Positions 17,110 to 27,825 of a stretch of DNA of 35,584 nt are shown here, one piece after another. The notes beneath the pieces are model-generated. The model saw only the letters and a list, made by a program, of their open reading frames with translations. It was not told the origin of the DNA and ran no database searches. The translations under genes and the position numbers were made by a program. Location: contig JAYVJQ010000215.1 of the NCBI GenBank assembly GCA_043769055.1, positions 1 to 35,584 of the forward strand. Reading direction: 5' to 3'. Origin of the DNA: Brachymonas sp. Its GTDB lineage: Bacteria > Pseudomonadota > Gammaproteobacteria > Burkholderiales > Burkholderiaceae_C. Within the stretch, counting starts at the first letter, position 1, and every line of letters begins with the position of its first letter.

Positions 17110-19649
17110 GCGGCTGGTGTCCAAAAATCTTTGCGGCACAAGCCGCGCGCCGCGCAATACTCGCAGGCCTTGCCTTCGCCTAAGGCGGGTAGCGCATGGC
17201 CATCCAGCATGCGCTGCGCATCATCAGCCAAACCTTCCAGCAGCAGCGGCAGCGCCTCATTCACCTGAGCTTGCGTCACTGCTGAGGTGGATTTTTCGTT
17301 GATGGCGATGTAGCTGGCTTGGATCTCTTGCGCCTCATACCCGCCCAGCAAAGCCGCATAAAACACGAGCTGCGTGTCTTCCAGCGGCTGTAGCACACGC
17401 TTTTTAAGCGCTGCCTCGCCTTCGGTTTTGTAATCCATCACCCAGCGCTGCGATGAACCTGAACCGGCGAGTAAATCAATGCGATCCAAGCGCCCCTTCA
17501 GAGTCACATCGCCCAACTCGCGCGCCCTGCTCTCCTCGCTCACTTCAAAGCGCCAGCCTTGGGCCTCATGTTCGGCCAACCACAGCAAGTAACTGCGGCG
17601 CACCTGCGGCCAGCTTGCGGCAAAGGGCACAAAGCCGGCATCTTGCAGCAAAGGCGCAGCAAGGCGAGCTGCGCAGGCATCAAGCAACTCAGCGTCTTGC
17701 AGCGCATCCGTCTCACGATCTCGGGCGCGATGAAATTCGCTCAGCACTTCATGCAGCCAAGCGCCAAACTCGCGCTTAGAGAGTTCATCATCCAGCTCTG
17801 CCGCCTCTTGCAGCCCGAGCAAGCGCAGCGCAAAGTAGCGATACGGGCAGGTGCGCACATCGGCATAGCTGCTGGCCGAGAACACGCGCGTGGCCAGCGC
17901 TGCAGCACTCGGTGCACTTTGATATTGCGACTGCGCTTCAATGGCAACGCTGCTTCGCGCATCCTCGCCAGCGCTGGCCGCATGCGTCAACTGCCAGGCT
18001 TGCAGCAGCGGGCTGGGCTGCATCAGCTCATCGCCCTGCGATTGCCTCCACAGCGCATGCACTTGCGGCAACTGCATCGCGCGCTGCCAAGTGGTTTGCT
18101 GCTCAAGAGCTAGCTGCTCGCGCGAAGGCATGCCCAGCGCCTCACGCTGCGCGCGCGTCCACAAGCCCAACGGCTCTGGGGCAAGTGGCAGGCGCACCTC
18201 ATCAGCCCCCGCCAGCACCGCGCAGGCAAAGGGGCGCGCAGCCATTTGCGCCAGCGGCAAAATCACCACCTGCGGCTCATGCTCGCTGGCACTGGCTTTG
18301 AAACTCGCACCTTCCAGCGCCGCCTGCACCCATTGGCTGAGATCAGGCAGGCTCATGCGTGCTGCATCGGAGCGCACAATAGCGCTAGGCTGCGCGCGAT
18401 CAAGCTGCAAGGCTTGCAGCACTTGCTGGCCGGCTTCATCGCTCTTCAAGGTTTGCCATTGACCACAGGCTTGTAGTGCATCACGCATTGCCTCGATCCA
18501 ACTGGCGATGCTTCTGGCCGATTGCAATGTAGAAATCACAGCATCTGGTTTTTGACCAGATGCTATGAATGTAATAGCACTCTGCGCAGATTCTTTAACG
18601 GCTACTGGCTTGTTTTGACCTCGAAGTTCCTTCTCCCAACGCTGCACGGCTTGTGCATCTGCATCGGTGTGCTTGAGCCAATCGAGCCGCTCATCCAGTG
18701 TGGCCAGCGGGTGCGCTGCGCGCAGCAGGCTCATCAGCGATGCCGCGGCACGCGTGGTGGACAAGCGCCAGCCGGTTTCATCGGCCACGGCCACGCCCCG
18801 CTCATGCAGCATCGCGCTGATGCGCCGCGTGGCTTGCCGGTCAATCGCTGGCAGCGCTACGGGCACTTGCCCACGTGAAATGGCTTGCAGCACGCAGGCG
18901 CAGGCGCGCTGCGCTTCATCTTCTGCATCTTGCGCGGCATGGGTGAAGAGTTGCCCGAGCCCTGCCTGCGGCAAATCTAGCCAGCTCACGCTGCCGGGTT
19001 TAGCCTGCTCTATCTGCTCGGCCAATCGGTGCGTGAACTCATTGCGCTGCACCCCGCGCACCACGATCAGCAAATCCACCTGCGCCGCCGTACTGGGCTC
19101 TAGCAGCACATCGCTGGCGTAGCTCGAAGCCGCAGCCCACGCCAGCGCAATTTGCGCCACCGCCGCTTCATGCTTGGCAAAGCTTGCCGCCACGCCTTGC
19201 AAAAGCTCAGGCCGCAAGCGCGCCGCCCAATCGGCGCGCTGCGCAGGCAGCACGCAAGCGGCCAAGCCGCCCAGCTGCTGCGCTGCCTCGACCAGCATGG
19301 GCGTGAGTACCCGGCTGTGCTCCGCCAAGCCGGCTTGCGCGATCCATTGGCGGGCGCGTAGGCTGTCCAGCCCCGCATCAAAGCTCATGTCGATCTCTTG
19401 CGGCTCGAAATTAGCCAAGCGCTGCTGCCAGCTTTTGGTGGTTTCGATGCGCGGCAAAAAATGGCTGTTTTGGCCAGCGCCGCTCGAACTGCCCCAAGTC
19501 TGCCGCGCCAGCACTTGCAACTGAAAAAACGGCAGCAGCAGCACGGTGCGCGCTGGATGAGCTTGGGCCTTGTGCATTGCCTGGCGCGCGACCTGCCACA
19601 GCTGCGCCCAGAGCACGGCATGCTCATTGCTTGGCGCTATCGCCGTCAT
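17106..19649 (-). CDS. addB: AddB-like PD-(D/E)XK nuclease with Fe-S cysteines
   Basis: TCPYRYF, LKGRLDRID, MDYKT, QLVFY and CEYCAARGLC; coupled to addA. Confidence 0.88.
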   Translation of the reverse strand: MTAIAPSNEHAVLWAQLWQVARQAMHKAQAHPARTVLLLPFFQLQVLARQTWGSSSGAGQNSHFLPRIETTKSWQQRLANFEPQEIDMSFDAGLDSLRARQWIAQAGLAEHSRVLTPMLVEAAQQLGGLAACVLPAQRADWAARLRPELLQGVAASFAKHEAAVAQIALAWAAASSYASDVLLEPSTAAQVDLLIVVRGVQRNEFTHRLAEQIEQAKPGSVSWLDLPQAGLGQLFTHAAQDAEDEAQRACACVLQAISRGQVPVALPAIDRQATRRISAMLHERGVAVADETGWRLSTTRAAASLMSLLRAAHPLATLDERLDWLKHTDADAQAVQRWEKELRGQNKPVAVKESAQSAITFIASGQKPDAVISTLQSARSIASWIEAMRDALQACGQWQTLKSDEAGQQVLQALQLDRAQPSAIVRSDAARMSLPDLSQWVQAALEGASFKASASEHEPQVVILPLAQMAARPFACAVLAGADEVRLPLAPEPLGLWTRAQREALGMPSREQLALEQQTTWQRAMQLPQVHALWRQSQGDELMQPSPLLQAWQLTHAASAGEDARSSVAIEAQSQYQSAPSAAALATRVFSASSYADVRTCPYRYFALRLLGLQEAAELDDELSKREFGAWLHEVLSEFHRARDRETDALQDAELLDACAARLAAPLLQDAGFVPFAASWPQVRRSYLLWLAEHEAQGWRFEVSEESRARELGDVTLKGRLDRIDLLAGSGSSQRWVMDYKTEGEAALKKRVLQPLEDTQLVFYAALLGGYEAQEIQASYIAINEKSTSAVTQAQVNEALPLLLEGLADDAQRMLDGHALPALGEGKACEYCAARGLCRKDFWTPAA
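18562..18604 (+). repeat. Dispersed 43-bp motif, copy 9 (in addB)
   Basis: gcta tgaatgtaa tagc actc tgcgca gattctttaac ggcta; encodes VAVKESAQSAITFIA. Confidence 0.9.
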
Positions 19650-19774
19650 AGCCAGCGCCCGCCCTTTAGGAGCCGAATTAAAATCTTGCTTTCTGTCACA
19701 ATGCCCACACTGTAATAGCTGTCTGCCTCATTCGACAGACTAAATTCTTAAACACTACTTCTGCGAGAACCATC

Positions 19775-20110
19775 ATGGCCAGCGATTTGATCAAACACAT
19801 CACCGACACCAGCTTTGAAGCCGACGTGCTGCAAGCCGACAAACCCGTGCTGGTGGACTTTTGGGCCGAATGGTGCGGCCCGTGCAAAATGATCGCGCCT
19901 GTGCTGGACGAAATCGCCGCATCTCACGCTGGTAAGCTGCAAATTGCCAAAATGAATGTCGATGACAACCGCGACATCCCCGGCAAATTCGGCATTCGCG
20001 GCATCCCCACGCTCATGATCTTCAAAGGTGGTACGTTGGCAGCGACCAAAGTGGGTGCACTCAGCAAAGCGCAATTGGTACAGTTTGTGGATCAGACGAT
20101 TGCGGCTTGA
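19775..20110 (+). CDS. trxA: Thioredoxin
   Basis: [16 protein letters not shown] and GIRGIPTL. Confidence 0.98.
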   Translation: MASDLIKHITDTSFEADVLQADKPVLVDFWAEWCGPCKMIAPVLDEIAASHAGKLQIAKMNVDDNRDIPGKFGIRGIPTLMIFKGGTLAATKVGALSKAQLVQFVDQTIAA

Positions 20111-20138
20111 TGCTCGGTTTGATTTTTTGTGCCGCTAT

Positions 20139-20167
20139 AAAAAGGCTTCCTCGGAAGCCTTTTTTTT
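20139..20167. terminator. Bidirectional Rho-independent terminator
   Basis: AAAAAGGCTTCC-TC-GGAAGCCTTTTTTTT between convergent genes. Confidence 0.9.
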
Positions 20168-20192
20168 CTGCTACTCACTGGTACTGTACTGA

Positions 20193-21944
20193 TTACCTAG
20201 CAATGTTCAAAGCCACAGCCTCCGCCACCTTCAGCCCATCAATCGCCGCGCTCATGATGCCGCCTGCGTAGCCTGCGCCTTCGCCTGCGGGATACAGGCC
20301 GCGTGTGCTGATGGATTGGTAGCGCAATGGATGCTCATCGTGCCTCTGGCCATCGGGACGGCGGCCACCTTCCAAGCGCGGCTCATGGCGCGTGATGCGG
20401 ATGGGCGCGGAGGTGCGGGTCTCTACACCCGTGAGCATCGCATCATGCAAATCAAAGCCTGCGATTTGCTTGGCGAATGCAGGAATAGCTTCGCGGATGG
20501 CTTCGATGGCGTACATCGGAAGCGCAGGAGCGTGAGCTGCGCCTAAGTTGGTCAGATGCACGCCAGGTTTGTAGCTGGGGATCACCTCACCCAATTCGGT
20601 CGAAGGCACATCGCGCAGGAAATCACCCACGCGCTGGCCGGGGGCGTTGTAATCTTCGCCGCCTAATAAAAAAGCGCCGCTTTCCAATGCGCGTTGAAAG
20701 CGCATGCCAGCGAGCACATGGCCGCGCTCTTTCTCGCCCGCCAGTGGCTTGCCCAGCGCATCAAAATCAAAATCGCTGGGCTCAATACCCACCACGATGC
20801 CTGCATTGGCATTGCGCTCATTGCGCGAGTATTGGCTCATGCCGTTGGTGACCACGCGGCCTGCCTCGCTGCTAGCCGCCACCACCGTGCCACCGGGGCA
20901 CATACAGAAACTGTAGACGCTGCGGCCATTCGCTGCGTGATGCACGAGCTTGTAGTCTGCAGCGCCCAGTTGCTCATTGCCCGCAAACGGGCCGAAGCGC
21001 GCACGATCAATCAAACTTTGCGGATGCTCAATACGAAAGCCCACGCTAAACGGCTTGGCCTGTGCATACACGCCGCGCTCAATGAGCATTTGAAAGGTAT
21101 CGCGGGCGCTGTGGCCAAGCGCCAGCACCACATGCTGTGCATCCAACTCCTCGCGCCCACGCTCGGGGTGCTGCGTGACGATGCCGCGCAACTGCTGCTG
21201 CTCAATCTTCAAGTCCACCAACTGCGTCGAAAAGCGAAATTCGCCACTTAAGCGAATGATCTCCTCGCGCAAAAACTCCACCACCTTCACCAAGCGAAAC
21301 GTGCCCACATGCGGCTTGCTCACATACATAATTTCATCGGGTGCGCCGCCACGCACCATCTCTTGCATCACCTTGCGACCATGAAACAGCGGATCTTTCA
21401 CCTGGCTCCAAAGCTTGCCATCAGAAAATGTGCCCGCGCCACCTTCGCCAAACTGCACATTGCTCTCGACCTTCAAATCCCGCTTGCGCCAAAAACCCCA
21501 CGTGTCTTTGGTGCGCTCGCGCACAATGCGGCCACGCTCCAAAATGATCGGCTTAAAACCCATTTGCGCTAAATTCAACGCCGCAAACAAGCCGCAAGGC
21601 CCTGTGCCCACCACCACGGGGCGCACAAAGGCTCGGTCTGGCGCGCGGGCAACCGCTTTGTATTCCGTATCGGGCGTATGGCCCACATGGCTGGCAATTT
21701 TTGGATTTTTCTTCGCTCGCGCGAGCACGGCAGCATTGTCCGCAGTCACCACATCCAAGGTGTAGATGAACTGAATATCGCTCTTCTTACGCGCATCGTA
21801 GCCTCGGCGAAACACCGTGAGCGAGAGTAATTCTTCATCACGCAAATTCAGACGCTCGCAAACGGCAGCGCGCAAAGCAGCTGGCTCGTGCGTGAGCGGC
21901 AGTTTGATTTCGTGAATGCGAATAGATTGAAGAGATGTGTTCAT
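20193..21944 (-). CDS. Uncharacterised NAD(P)/FAD-dependent oxidoreductase
   Basis: VVGTGPCGLFAA, FGEGGAGTFSDGKL, FCMCPGG and LYPAGEGAGYAGGI. Start placed at 21944 because the longer ORF overlaps a tRNA. Confidence 0.88.
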   Translation of the reverse strand: MNTSLQSIRIHEIKLPLTHEPAALRAAVCERLNLRDEELLSLTVFRRGYDARKKSDIQFIYTLDVVTADNAAVLARAKKNPKIASHVGHTPDTEYKAVARAPDRAFVRPVVVGTGPCGLFAALNLAQMGFKPIILERGRIVRERTKDTWGFWRKRDLKVESNVQFGEGGAGTFSDGKLWSQVKDPLFHGRKVMQEMVRGGAPDEIMYVSKPHVGTFRLVKVVEFLREEIIRLSGEFRFSTQLVDLKIEQQQLRGIVTQHPERGREELDAQHVVLALGHSARDTFQMLIERGVYAQAKPFSVGFRIEHPQSLIDRARFGPFAGNEQLGAADYKLVHHAANGRSVYSFCMCPGGTVVAASSEAGRVVTNGMSQYSRNERNANAGIVVGIEPSDFDFDALGKPLAGEKERGHVLAGMRFQRALESGAFLLGGEDYNAPGQRVGDFLRDVPSTELGEVIPSYKPGVHLTNLGAAHAPALPMYAIEAIREAIPAFAKQIAGFDLHDAMLTGVETRTSAPIRITRHEPRLEGGRRPDGQRHDEHPLRYQSISTRGLYPAGEGAGYAGGIMSAAIDGLKVAEAVALNIAR

Positions 21945-21974
21945 GGCATGCCTACACGACAGCAAAATGAAAAA

Positions 21975-22017
21975 CAAAATAAGAAAAGGCTTCGCATGAA
22001 TTTTCACGCGAAGCCTT
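21975..22017 (-). terminator. Terminator of the tRNA operon
   Basis: AAGGCTTCGC...GCGAAGCCTT stem followed by a T-rich tract on the minus strand, just after tRNA-Pro. Confidence 0.8.
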
Positions 22018-22027
22018 AAAAAGGTTT

Positions 22028-22104
22028 TGGTCGGCTTGGCGGGATTCGAACTCGCGACCCCTTGCACCCCATGCAAGTGCGCTACCAGGCTGCGCTACAA
22101 GCCG
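22028..22104 (-). tRNA. tRNA-Pro(GGG)
   Basis: 77-nt cloverleaf, anticodon arm CTTGC-ATGGGGT-GCAAG, T loop TTCGAAT, encoded CCA. Confidence 0.96.
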
Positions 22105-22133
22105 AAACTGACTCATCAAAGTTACAAAATAAA

Positions 22134-22210
22134 TGGTGCGGCTGGCAGGAATTGAACCCACGACCCCTTGGTTCGTAGCCAAGTACTCTATCCAACTGAG
22201 CTACAGCCGC
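22134..22210 (-). tRNA. tRNA-Arg(ACG)
   Basis: 77-nt cloverleaf, anticodon arm CTTGG-CTACGAA-CCAAG, encoded CCA. Confidence 0.96.
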
Positions 22211-22222
22211 ATCAAGACCAAA

Positions 22223-22231
22223 ATTATAGCA
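22223..22231 (-). promoter_or_regulatory. Extended -10 promoter of the tRNA operon
   Basis: TGCTATAAT on the minus strand, 12 nt before tRNA-Arg. Confidence 0.7.
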
Positions 22232-22249
22232 TGCCGTTTTGCTGTTTCC

Positions 22250-23269
22250 TCAGCGCAACCGAGGTGCAGACGGATGACTCAGCGCATGGCCCACTAATTT
22301 GGAGGTGATGTCCACAATCTGGATCATGCGCTCATAGGGCATGCGCGTGGGGCCAATCACGGCCAAGCGGCCCACCACTTGCCCATCCACCTGATAAGGC
22401 GCGCTCACCACCGACAGCTCTTCCACTGGCACAACTTGACTCTCGCCACCAATGTAGATGCGCACGCCCTGCGCTTGGCTCGATACATCCAGCAAGCGCA
22501 AGAGCTGCGCTTTTTGCTCAAACAAATTGAAGGCGCGGCGTAGATGCGTGAGGTCTTGCGAAAAATCGCTCACCTCCAGCAAATTGCGCTCGCCTGAGAC
22601 CACCACTTCAGCTTCCTCGGATTGAAGCGCCTCGCTGCTGACTTGCACTGCTGCTTGCATGAGTTGCGCGATTTCACCTTGCAGTTGCTCGACCTCGGCT
22701 TTGAGCCGCGTGCGCACTTGCTCTATTTCAAGCCCCGCATAGTTGGCATTCAAAAAATTCGCCGCTTCAATGAGCTGAGTTTGCGTGTAATCGCTCTCGG
22801 TGAAGATCACGCGGTTTTGCACATCACCATCAGGCGCAACGATGATGACCAAAATGCGCTTTTCTGATAGGCGCAAAAACTCAATATGGCGAAACACTGA
22901 GGTTTTGCGTGGCGCAATCACCACGCCGACAAATTGCGAGAGAGAAGACAACAAATGCGCCGCATTGCTGATCACACGCTGGGGTTGATCAGCCGCAATC
23001 GACGAGGGCATTTGCATGCCGCTTTGATCGGCGGTGAGCATGGTGTCCACAAACAGGCGGTAGCCCCGCGCCGTGGGGATGCGCCCTGCGCTGGTGTGCG
23101 GCGAGGCAATCAGGCCCAGCTCTTCCAGATCGCTCATCACATTTCGGATGGTGGCAGCAGATAAATCCAAGCCACTGGCCTTGGAGAGCGTGCGTGAGCC
23201 TACCGGTTGCCCATCGGCGATGTAGCGCTCTATCAGCGCTTTGAGCAAGAGCTTGGCACGGTCATCCAT
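22250..23269 (-). CDS. hrcA: Heat-inducible transcription repressor
   Basis: [32 protein letters not shown] and VIGPTRM; divergent from nadK. Confidence 0.97.
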   Translation of the reverse strand: MDDRAKLLLKALIERYIADGQPVGSRTLSKASGLDLSAATIRNVMSDLEELGLIASPHTSAGRIPTARGYRLFVDTMLTADQSGMQMPSSIAADQPQRVISNAAHLLSSLSQFVGVVIAPRKTSVFRHIEFLRLSEKRILVIIVAPDGDVQNRVIFTESDYTQTQLIEAANFLNANYAGLEIEQVRTRLKAEVEQLQGEIAQLMQAAVQVSSEALQSEEAEVVVSGERNLLEVSDFSQDLTHLRRAFNLFEQKAQLLRLLDVSSQAQGVRIYIGGESQVVPVEELSVVSAPYQVDGQVVGRLAVIGPTRMPYERMIQIVDITSKLVGHALSHPSAPRLR

Positions 23270-23326
23270 TAGAAAAAATATGAGAAAAATGACAGTAAAA
23301 ATTCATTTTAATGTTGTAATTTAGAA

Positions 23327-24226
23327 ATGCCAGCCTCATTGCTCAAATACAAGCACATTGCCCTGATTGGTAAATACCATGTGGCCAGCGCCAGCATGCG
23401 CGAGACGCTGCTGGACTTATCGCATTTTCTGCAAGATTTAGGCGCTGATGTGGCTTTGGAAGCCGAGAGCGCAAGCAACCTAGGCGCCAGGGATCTCACG
23501 GGCCAAGCCACGCTCAGCCTCACGCAAATCGGCCAGCAATGCGATCTGGCCTTGGTGGTCGGGGGCGATGGCACCATGCTGGGCATCGGCCGCCAGTTGG
23601 CGCCTTACGGCATTCCGCTCATTGGCATCAACCACGGGCGCTTGGGCTTCATCACCGATATTGCGCTCGATGCCTACAAAACGACCCTGATCCCGATGCT
23701 GCGCGGCGAGCACGAGCAAGAGCAGCGCGCACTCATGCAAGCGCAGGTGATGCGCGATGGTGCGAGTGTGTTTGATGCGCTGGCGCTCAACGATGTGGTG
23801 ATCAACCGTGGCGCAGGCTCAGGCATGGTGGAGTTGCGTGTGGAAATTGATGGTCGCTTTGTGTCCAACCAGCGCGCTGATGGCTTGATCATCGCCTCGC
23901 CTACAGGCTCGACCGCTTATGCGCTCTCAGCCGGCGGGCCCATCATGCACCCAGATTTGAAAGGCTGGGTGATGGTGCCGATTGCGCCACATACTTTATC
24001 AAATCGCCCGCTCGCGCTCGCAGATACTGCGCAGATAGCTATTGAATTGGTAGCAGGTCGCGAAGCCAGTGCAAATTTTGATATGCAGAATCTTGCGTCT
24101 TTGTTGATTGGTGATCGCATCTTGGTCAGCCGCTCTGAGCATGCAGCAACATTTTTGCATCCTAAGGGCTGGAGCTATTACGACACACTGCGGCGCAAGC
24201 TGCATTGGAATGAGGGGACAGTCTGA
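23327..24226 (+). CDS. nadK: NAD kinase
   Basis: GGDGT, GRLGF, LNDVV and [20 protein letters not shown]. Confidence 0.97.
   Translation: MPASLLKYKHIALIGKYHVASASMRETLLDLSHFLQDLGADVALEAESASNLGARDLTGQATLSLTQIGQQCDLALVVGGDGTMLGIGRQLAPYGIPLIGINHGRLGFITDIALDAYKTTLIPMLRGEHEQEQRALMQAQVMRDGASVFDALALNDVVINRGAGSGMVELRVEIDGRFVSNQRADGLIIASPTGSTAYALSAGGPIMHPDLKGWVMVPIAPHTLSNRPLALADTAQIAIELVAGREASANFDMQNLASLLIGDRILVSRSEHAATFLHPKGWSYYDTLRRKLHWNEGTV
24012..24054 (-). repeat. Dispersed 43-bp motif, copy 10 (in nadK)
   Basis: Reverse complement: gcta ccaattcaa tagc tatc tgcgca gtatctgcgag cgcga; encodes [15 protein letters not shown]. Confidence 0.75.
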
Positions 24227-25863
24227 TGCTGCGCAGCATCCATCTACGCGATTTCGTGATTGTGCGAGAGCTACAGCTCGATCTGCACAATGGCTTTTCT
24301 GTGCTCACGGGCGAGACGGGTGCTGGCAAATCGATTTTGATTGATGCGCTGCAATTGGCTTTGGGCAACCGGGCCGAGGCAGGCGTGGTGCGAGAAGGCG
24401 CGCCGCGCGCAGAAATTTCTGCGGAATTTGACTTGCCCAAGAGCTTGCATGCGTGGCTGCATGACGCAGGCTTTGAGCATGATGCAAGCCTGCTACTGCG
24501 ACGCAGTATCGATGCCCAAGGCAAGAGCCGCGCATGGATCAATGGCAGCGCCGCCACGCTCACGCAATTGCGCGAAGCCGCTGAGCATTTGGTGGATATT
24601 CATGGTCAGCATGCGTGGGCGCAGCTCACCAAACCTGCCGAGCTGCGCCGCTTGCTCGATGCCTATGGCCGCATTGATGCCAGCGATGTTGCCACTTCGC
24701 ATACCACTTGGCGCGAAGCTGCAAAATCGCTTGAAACTGCGCAGGCTGCGCAAGCCACGCTCGAATCTGAGCGCGAGCGTTTGGCTTGGCAATTGGGTGA
24801 GCTTTCAAAATTAGCCCCGCAGCCTGATGAATGGGAGCAGCTGAACGCCGAGCACAGCTTGCAATCGAACGCGCAAGATTTATTGCAAGCCGCGCATGAA
24901 GTGATTGAGCATTTAGAAGGCGAAGAAGGCGCAAATTCACGGCTTTCCCAAGCCTTGGAGTTGCTACAAAAAAATGAGCACCTCGCGCAGGATTTCTCCC
25001 GGCTAGGCACTGATTTGGCTTCAAATTTAGCCCAAATAGATGACATCGCCCGCAGCCTGCACGCATTCACCCGCAAGAGCGCGCCCGATCCTGCGCGCTT
25101 GGCTGAGCTGGATGAGCGCGTGAGCCTGTGGCTGCAACTGGCTCGCCGCTTTCGCCGCCCACCCGAAGAACTGCCAGCGCTTCTCATGCAATGGCAAACC
25201 GAGATGGCGCGGCTTGAAGCCGCCAGCGATTTAGGCAAGCTGCAAACAGCAACTGACGCTGCACACACAGCCCTGCTCAAAAGCTGCAAAGCCCTCAGCG
25301 CGCAGCGCAAAAAAGCAGCGCCTCTACTGGGCCAAGCCATCTCCACCGCGATGCAAGGCTTGGGTATGCAAGGTGGAAAGTTTGAAGTACAGCTCAATGC
25401 CTGCGAGCCCACTGCGCACGGAGCAGAGGCCGTAGAATTTTTAGTCGCAGGCCACGCTGGCAGCACGCCGCGCGCCGTGGGCAAAGTTGCCTCGGGCGGC
25501 GAACTATCTCGCATTGCCTTGGCTATTGCCGTGACAACCAGCGAGCTAGGCAGCGCCGGTACATTGATTTTTGACGAAGTGGATTCCGGCATTGGAGGCG
25601 CAGTGGCCGAGACGGTGGGCCGCCTCATGAAGCAATTGGGCCAAGACCGCCAAGTGCTGGCCGTGACGCATTTACCGCAAGTGGCAGCCTGTGCCGATCA
25701 TCATTTGCTGGTAGCCAAGCAACTCGTGGGCAAACTCACAGAAAGCTCAGTCAAATCCATCGCAGGCGAGGCGCGCGTGAGCGAAGTGGCGCGTATGCTC
25801 GGTGGCGAAAAACTATCGAACACCACGATGGCGCATGCCAAAGAAATGCTGGGCGCGGCATGA
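24226..25863 (+). CDS. recN: DNA repair protein RecN
   Basis: [27 protein letters not shown] and VTHLPQVAA. Confidence 0.97.
   Translation: MLRSIHLRDFVIVRELQLDLHNGFSVLTGETGAGKSILIDALQLALGNRAEAGVVREGAPRAEISAEFDLPKSLHAWLHDAGFEHDASLLLRRSIDAQGKSRAWINGSAATLTQLREAAEHLVDIHGQHAWAQLTKPAELRRLLDAYGRIDASDVATSHTTWREAAKSLETAQAAQATLESERERLAWQLGELSKLAPQPDEWEQLNAEHSLQSNAQDLLQAAHEVIEHLEGEEGANSRLSQALELLQKNEHLAQDFSRLGTDLASNLAQIDDIARSLHAFTRKSAPDPARLAELDERVSLWLQLARRFRRPPEELPALLMQWQTEMARLEAASDLGKLQTATDAAHTALLKSCKALSAQRKKAAPLLGQAISTAMQGLGMQGGKFEVQLNACEPTAHGAEAVEFLVAGHAGSTPRAVGKVASGGELSRIALAIAVTTSELGSAGTLIFDEVDSGIGGAVAETVGRLMKQLGQDRQVLAVTHLPQVAACADHHLLVAKQLVGKLTESSVKSIAGEARVSEVARMLGGEKLSNTTMAHAKEMLGAA
24963..25005 (+). 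repeat. Dispersed 43-bp motif, copy 11 (recN coiled coil)
   Basis: gcta caaaaaaat gagc acct cgcgca ggatttctccc ggcta; encodes [14 protein letters not shown]. Confidence 0.8.
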
Positions 25864-26765
25864 TCCCACAGAGTGAAGCCAAGCCGCTGCAGGTGATACT
25901 GATCACCGGCATGTCCGGCTCAGGTAAATCGGTGGCGCTGCGTGCGCTGGAAGATGCGGGCTACTACTGTGTGGACAATTTGCCGCCCGAGTTATTGGCC
26001 TCTTTCATCACGCTCGAGCAGCAGCACCAAGTGGAGCGCATTGCCATTGCAATGGATGTGCGCAGCGCCACCTCGCTGCCACTCTTGCCCACACAACTGA
26101 CCAAGCTGCGCGAAGCAGGTGTGCGCGTGAAAACGATTTTTCTCGATGCGAATACCGATACACTGGTGCACCGCTTTTCTGAGACGCGGCGCAAACATCC
26201 GCTCTCGTCCAACCAAACCGATGATCAGCGCCGCGCCTTGACCGATGCGATTGAGATGGAGCGCAATCTGCTCTCGCAATTGCGCGAAGATTCGCATGTG
26301 ATCGATTCGAGCCAGATTCGCAGCACGCAATTGCAAAGCTATATCAAGCAACTGATCAATGCGCCCAGCAAGCAACTCACGCTCGTGTTTGAATCTTTCG
26401 GTTTTAAGCGCGGTATTCCGCTGGATGCGGATTATGTGTTTGATGTGCGCATGCTGCCCAACCCGCATTACGACCCGCTGCTGCGCCCGCTCACGGGGCG
26501 TGACAAGCCGGTAGAAGACTTCCTCAAAAACGAGCCTGACGTTCGCGCCATGTTTCGCCAGATTCAGGAGTTTCTTGCCGCTTGGCTTCCAAAATTAGCG
26601 CAAGATCACCGCAGCTACGTCACGGTGGCGATTGGCTGCACAGGCGGGCAACATCGCTCAGTTTTTTTGGTTGAGGAGTTAGCCAAAGCCTTTACCAGCA
26701 GTCACGTCACGCTGCGCCGACATCGGGAGATGGATGCAGGCTTGTTTGCGAAGAGTATTTTGTAG
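25860..26765 (+). CDS. rapZ: RNase adapter RapZ
   Basis: [30 protein letters not shown] and [10 protein letters not shown]. Confidence 0.96.
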   Translation: MIPQSEAKPLQVILITGMSGSGKSVALRALEDAGYYCVDNLPPELLASFITLEQQHQVERIAIAMDVRSATSLPLLPTQLTKLREAGVRVKTIFLDANTDTLVHRFSETRRKHPLSSNQTDDQRRALTDAIEMERNLLSQLREDSHVIDSSQIRSTQLQSYIKQLINAPSKQLTLVFESFGFKRGIPLDADYVFDVRMLPNPHYDPLLRPLTGRDKPVEDFLKNEPDVRAMFRQIQEFLAAWLPKLAQDHRSYVTVAIGCTGGQHRSVFLVEELAKAFTSSHVTLRRHREMDAGLFAKSIL

Positions 26766-26865
26766 CAGACACGCGCTTGTCTGCGAACTGTCCGATGGGG
26801 GCGGCGAGACACCACCAAAAAGCCGTTCGAGGCATAATAAACAGATTCTTTAGCTGCTTTTCGAT

Positions 26866-27807
26866 ATGAACCTCCATCAATTCCGTTTCGTGCAAGAAGC
26901 TGCTCGACGCAATCTCAACCTCACAGAAGCCGCCAAAGCGCTGCACACGAGCCAACCCGGTGTCTCCAAAGCCATCATTGAGTTTGAAGAAGAGCTGGGC
27001 ATTGAGGTGTTTGCGCGGCATGGCAAGCGTTTAAAGCGCATCACCGAGCCGGGCGCGCAGGTGCTCAAGAGCATTGAAATCATCTTGCGCGAAGTGGGTA
27101 ATTTAAAGCGCATCGGCGAACAATACAGCCTGCAAGACAGCGGCACTTTAAGCATCGCCTCCACCCACACACAAGCACGCTACATTCTGCCCGGCCCGAT
27201 TGCCAAGCTGCGCCAGAGTTTTCCCAAGGTCAATATCAGCCTGCACCAAGGCTCGCCCGATCAAGTGGCCAAGATGTTGATTGATGAAGTGGCAGAAATT
27301 GGCATTGCCACCGAGAGTTTGGCCGATTACCCCGAGCTGATTACCCTGCCCTGCTACGAATGGCAGCACATGCTGGTGATGCCGGTGGACCACAAGTTGG
27401 CCAAGGTCAGCGATGTGACGCTGCAAGATTTGGCAGGCGAGCCGCTGGTCACCTATCACCCCACCTTCACGGGTCGCACCAAGATTGATGCTGCTTTTGC
27501 TGCCAAAAAACTATTCCCCCGCATGGCGATTGAAGCGATTGACTCCGATGTGATCAAAACCTATGTGCGCGCGGGCTTGGGCGTAGGCATCGTGGCCGAG
27601 ATGGCGGTCAACGCTGAGCTGGAGAAAGATTTGGTGGTCAAACCCGCCGGCCACCTCTTTGGCAAAAACATCGCCCGCGTCGCCTTCAAACGCAGCGCCT
27701 ACCTGCGCAACTTCATCTACACCTTCACCGAGCTCATCAGCCCTGGCCTCACCCGAGAGGTGGTGAGCAAGGCGCTGGCGGGCTACAGTGATGATTTTTC
27801 GCTTTGA
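26866..27807 (+). CDS. cysB: CysB/Cbl-family LysR regulator
   Basis: MNLHQFR, LHTSQPGVSK, THTQARY, DSDVIKTYV and YLRNFIY. Confidence 0.9.
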   Translation: MNLHQFRFVQEAARRNLNLTEAAKALHTSQPGVSKAIIEFEEELGIEVFARHGKRLKRITEPGAQVLKSIEIILREVGNLKRIGEQYSLQDSGTLSIASTHTQARYILPGPIAKLRQSFPKVNISLHQGSPDQVAKMLIDEVAEIGIATESLADYPELITLPCYEWQHMLVMPVDHKLAKVSDVTLQDLAGEPLVTYHPTFTGRTKIDAAFAAKKLFPRMAIEAIDSDVIKTYVRAGLGVGIVAEMAVNAELEKDLVVKPAGHLFGKNIARVAFKRSAYLRNFIYTFTELISPGLTREVVSKALAGYSDDFSL

Positions 27808-27825
27808 ACTAAATTTTTTTTGATC

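Noticed and set aside
18575-18582. TAGCACTC in motif copies as a CIRCE operator, given nearby hrcA
   Set aside because: Only a half-site; there is no TTAGCACTC-N9-GAGTGCTAA, and none was seen in the hrcA-nadK gap either.
21945-22182. N-terminal extension of the oxidoreductase and ORF 21952..22182
   Set aside because: They run through the tRNA genes and their terminator.
21945-22250. Prophage or island integrated at the tRNAs
   Set aside because: No integrase and no duplicated tRNA 3' end in the window.
23270-23326. LexA box for nadK-recN
   Set aside because: No CTGT-N8-ACAG found in the intergenic region.
24663-25628. 321-aa minus-strand ORF, and similar long ORFs opposite dedD and addAB
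   Set aside because: Antisense or alternate-frame ORFs expected in GC-rich genes, with low-complexity Ser/Ala/Arg composition.
26765-26784. Hairpin GCAGACA/TGTCTGC after rapZ as a terminator
   Set aside because: A 7-bp stem with no T tract is too weak to call.
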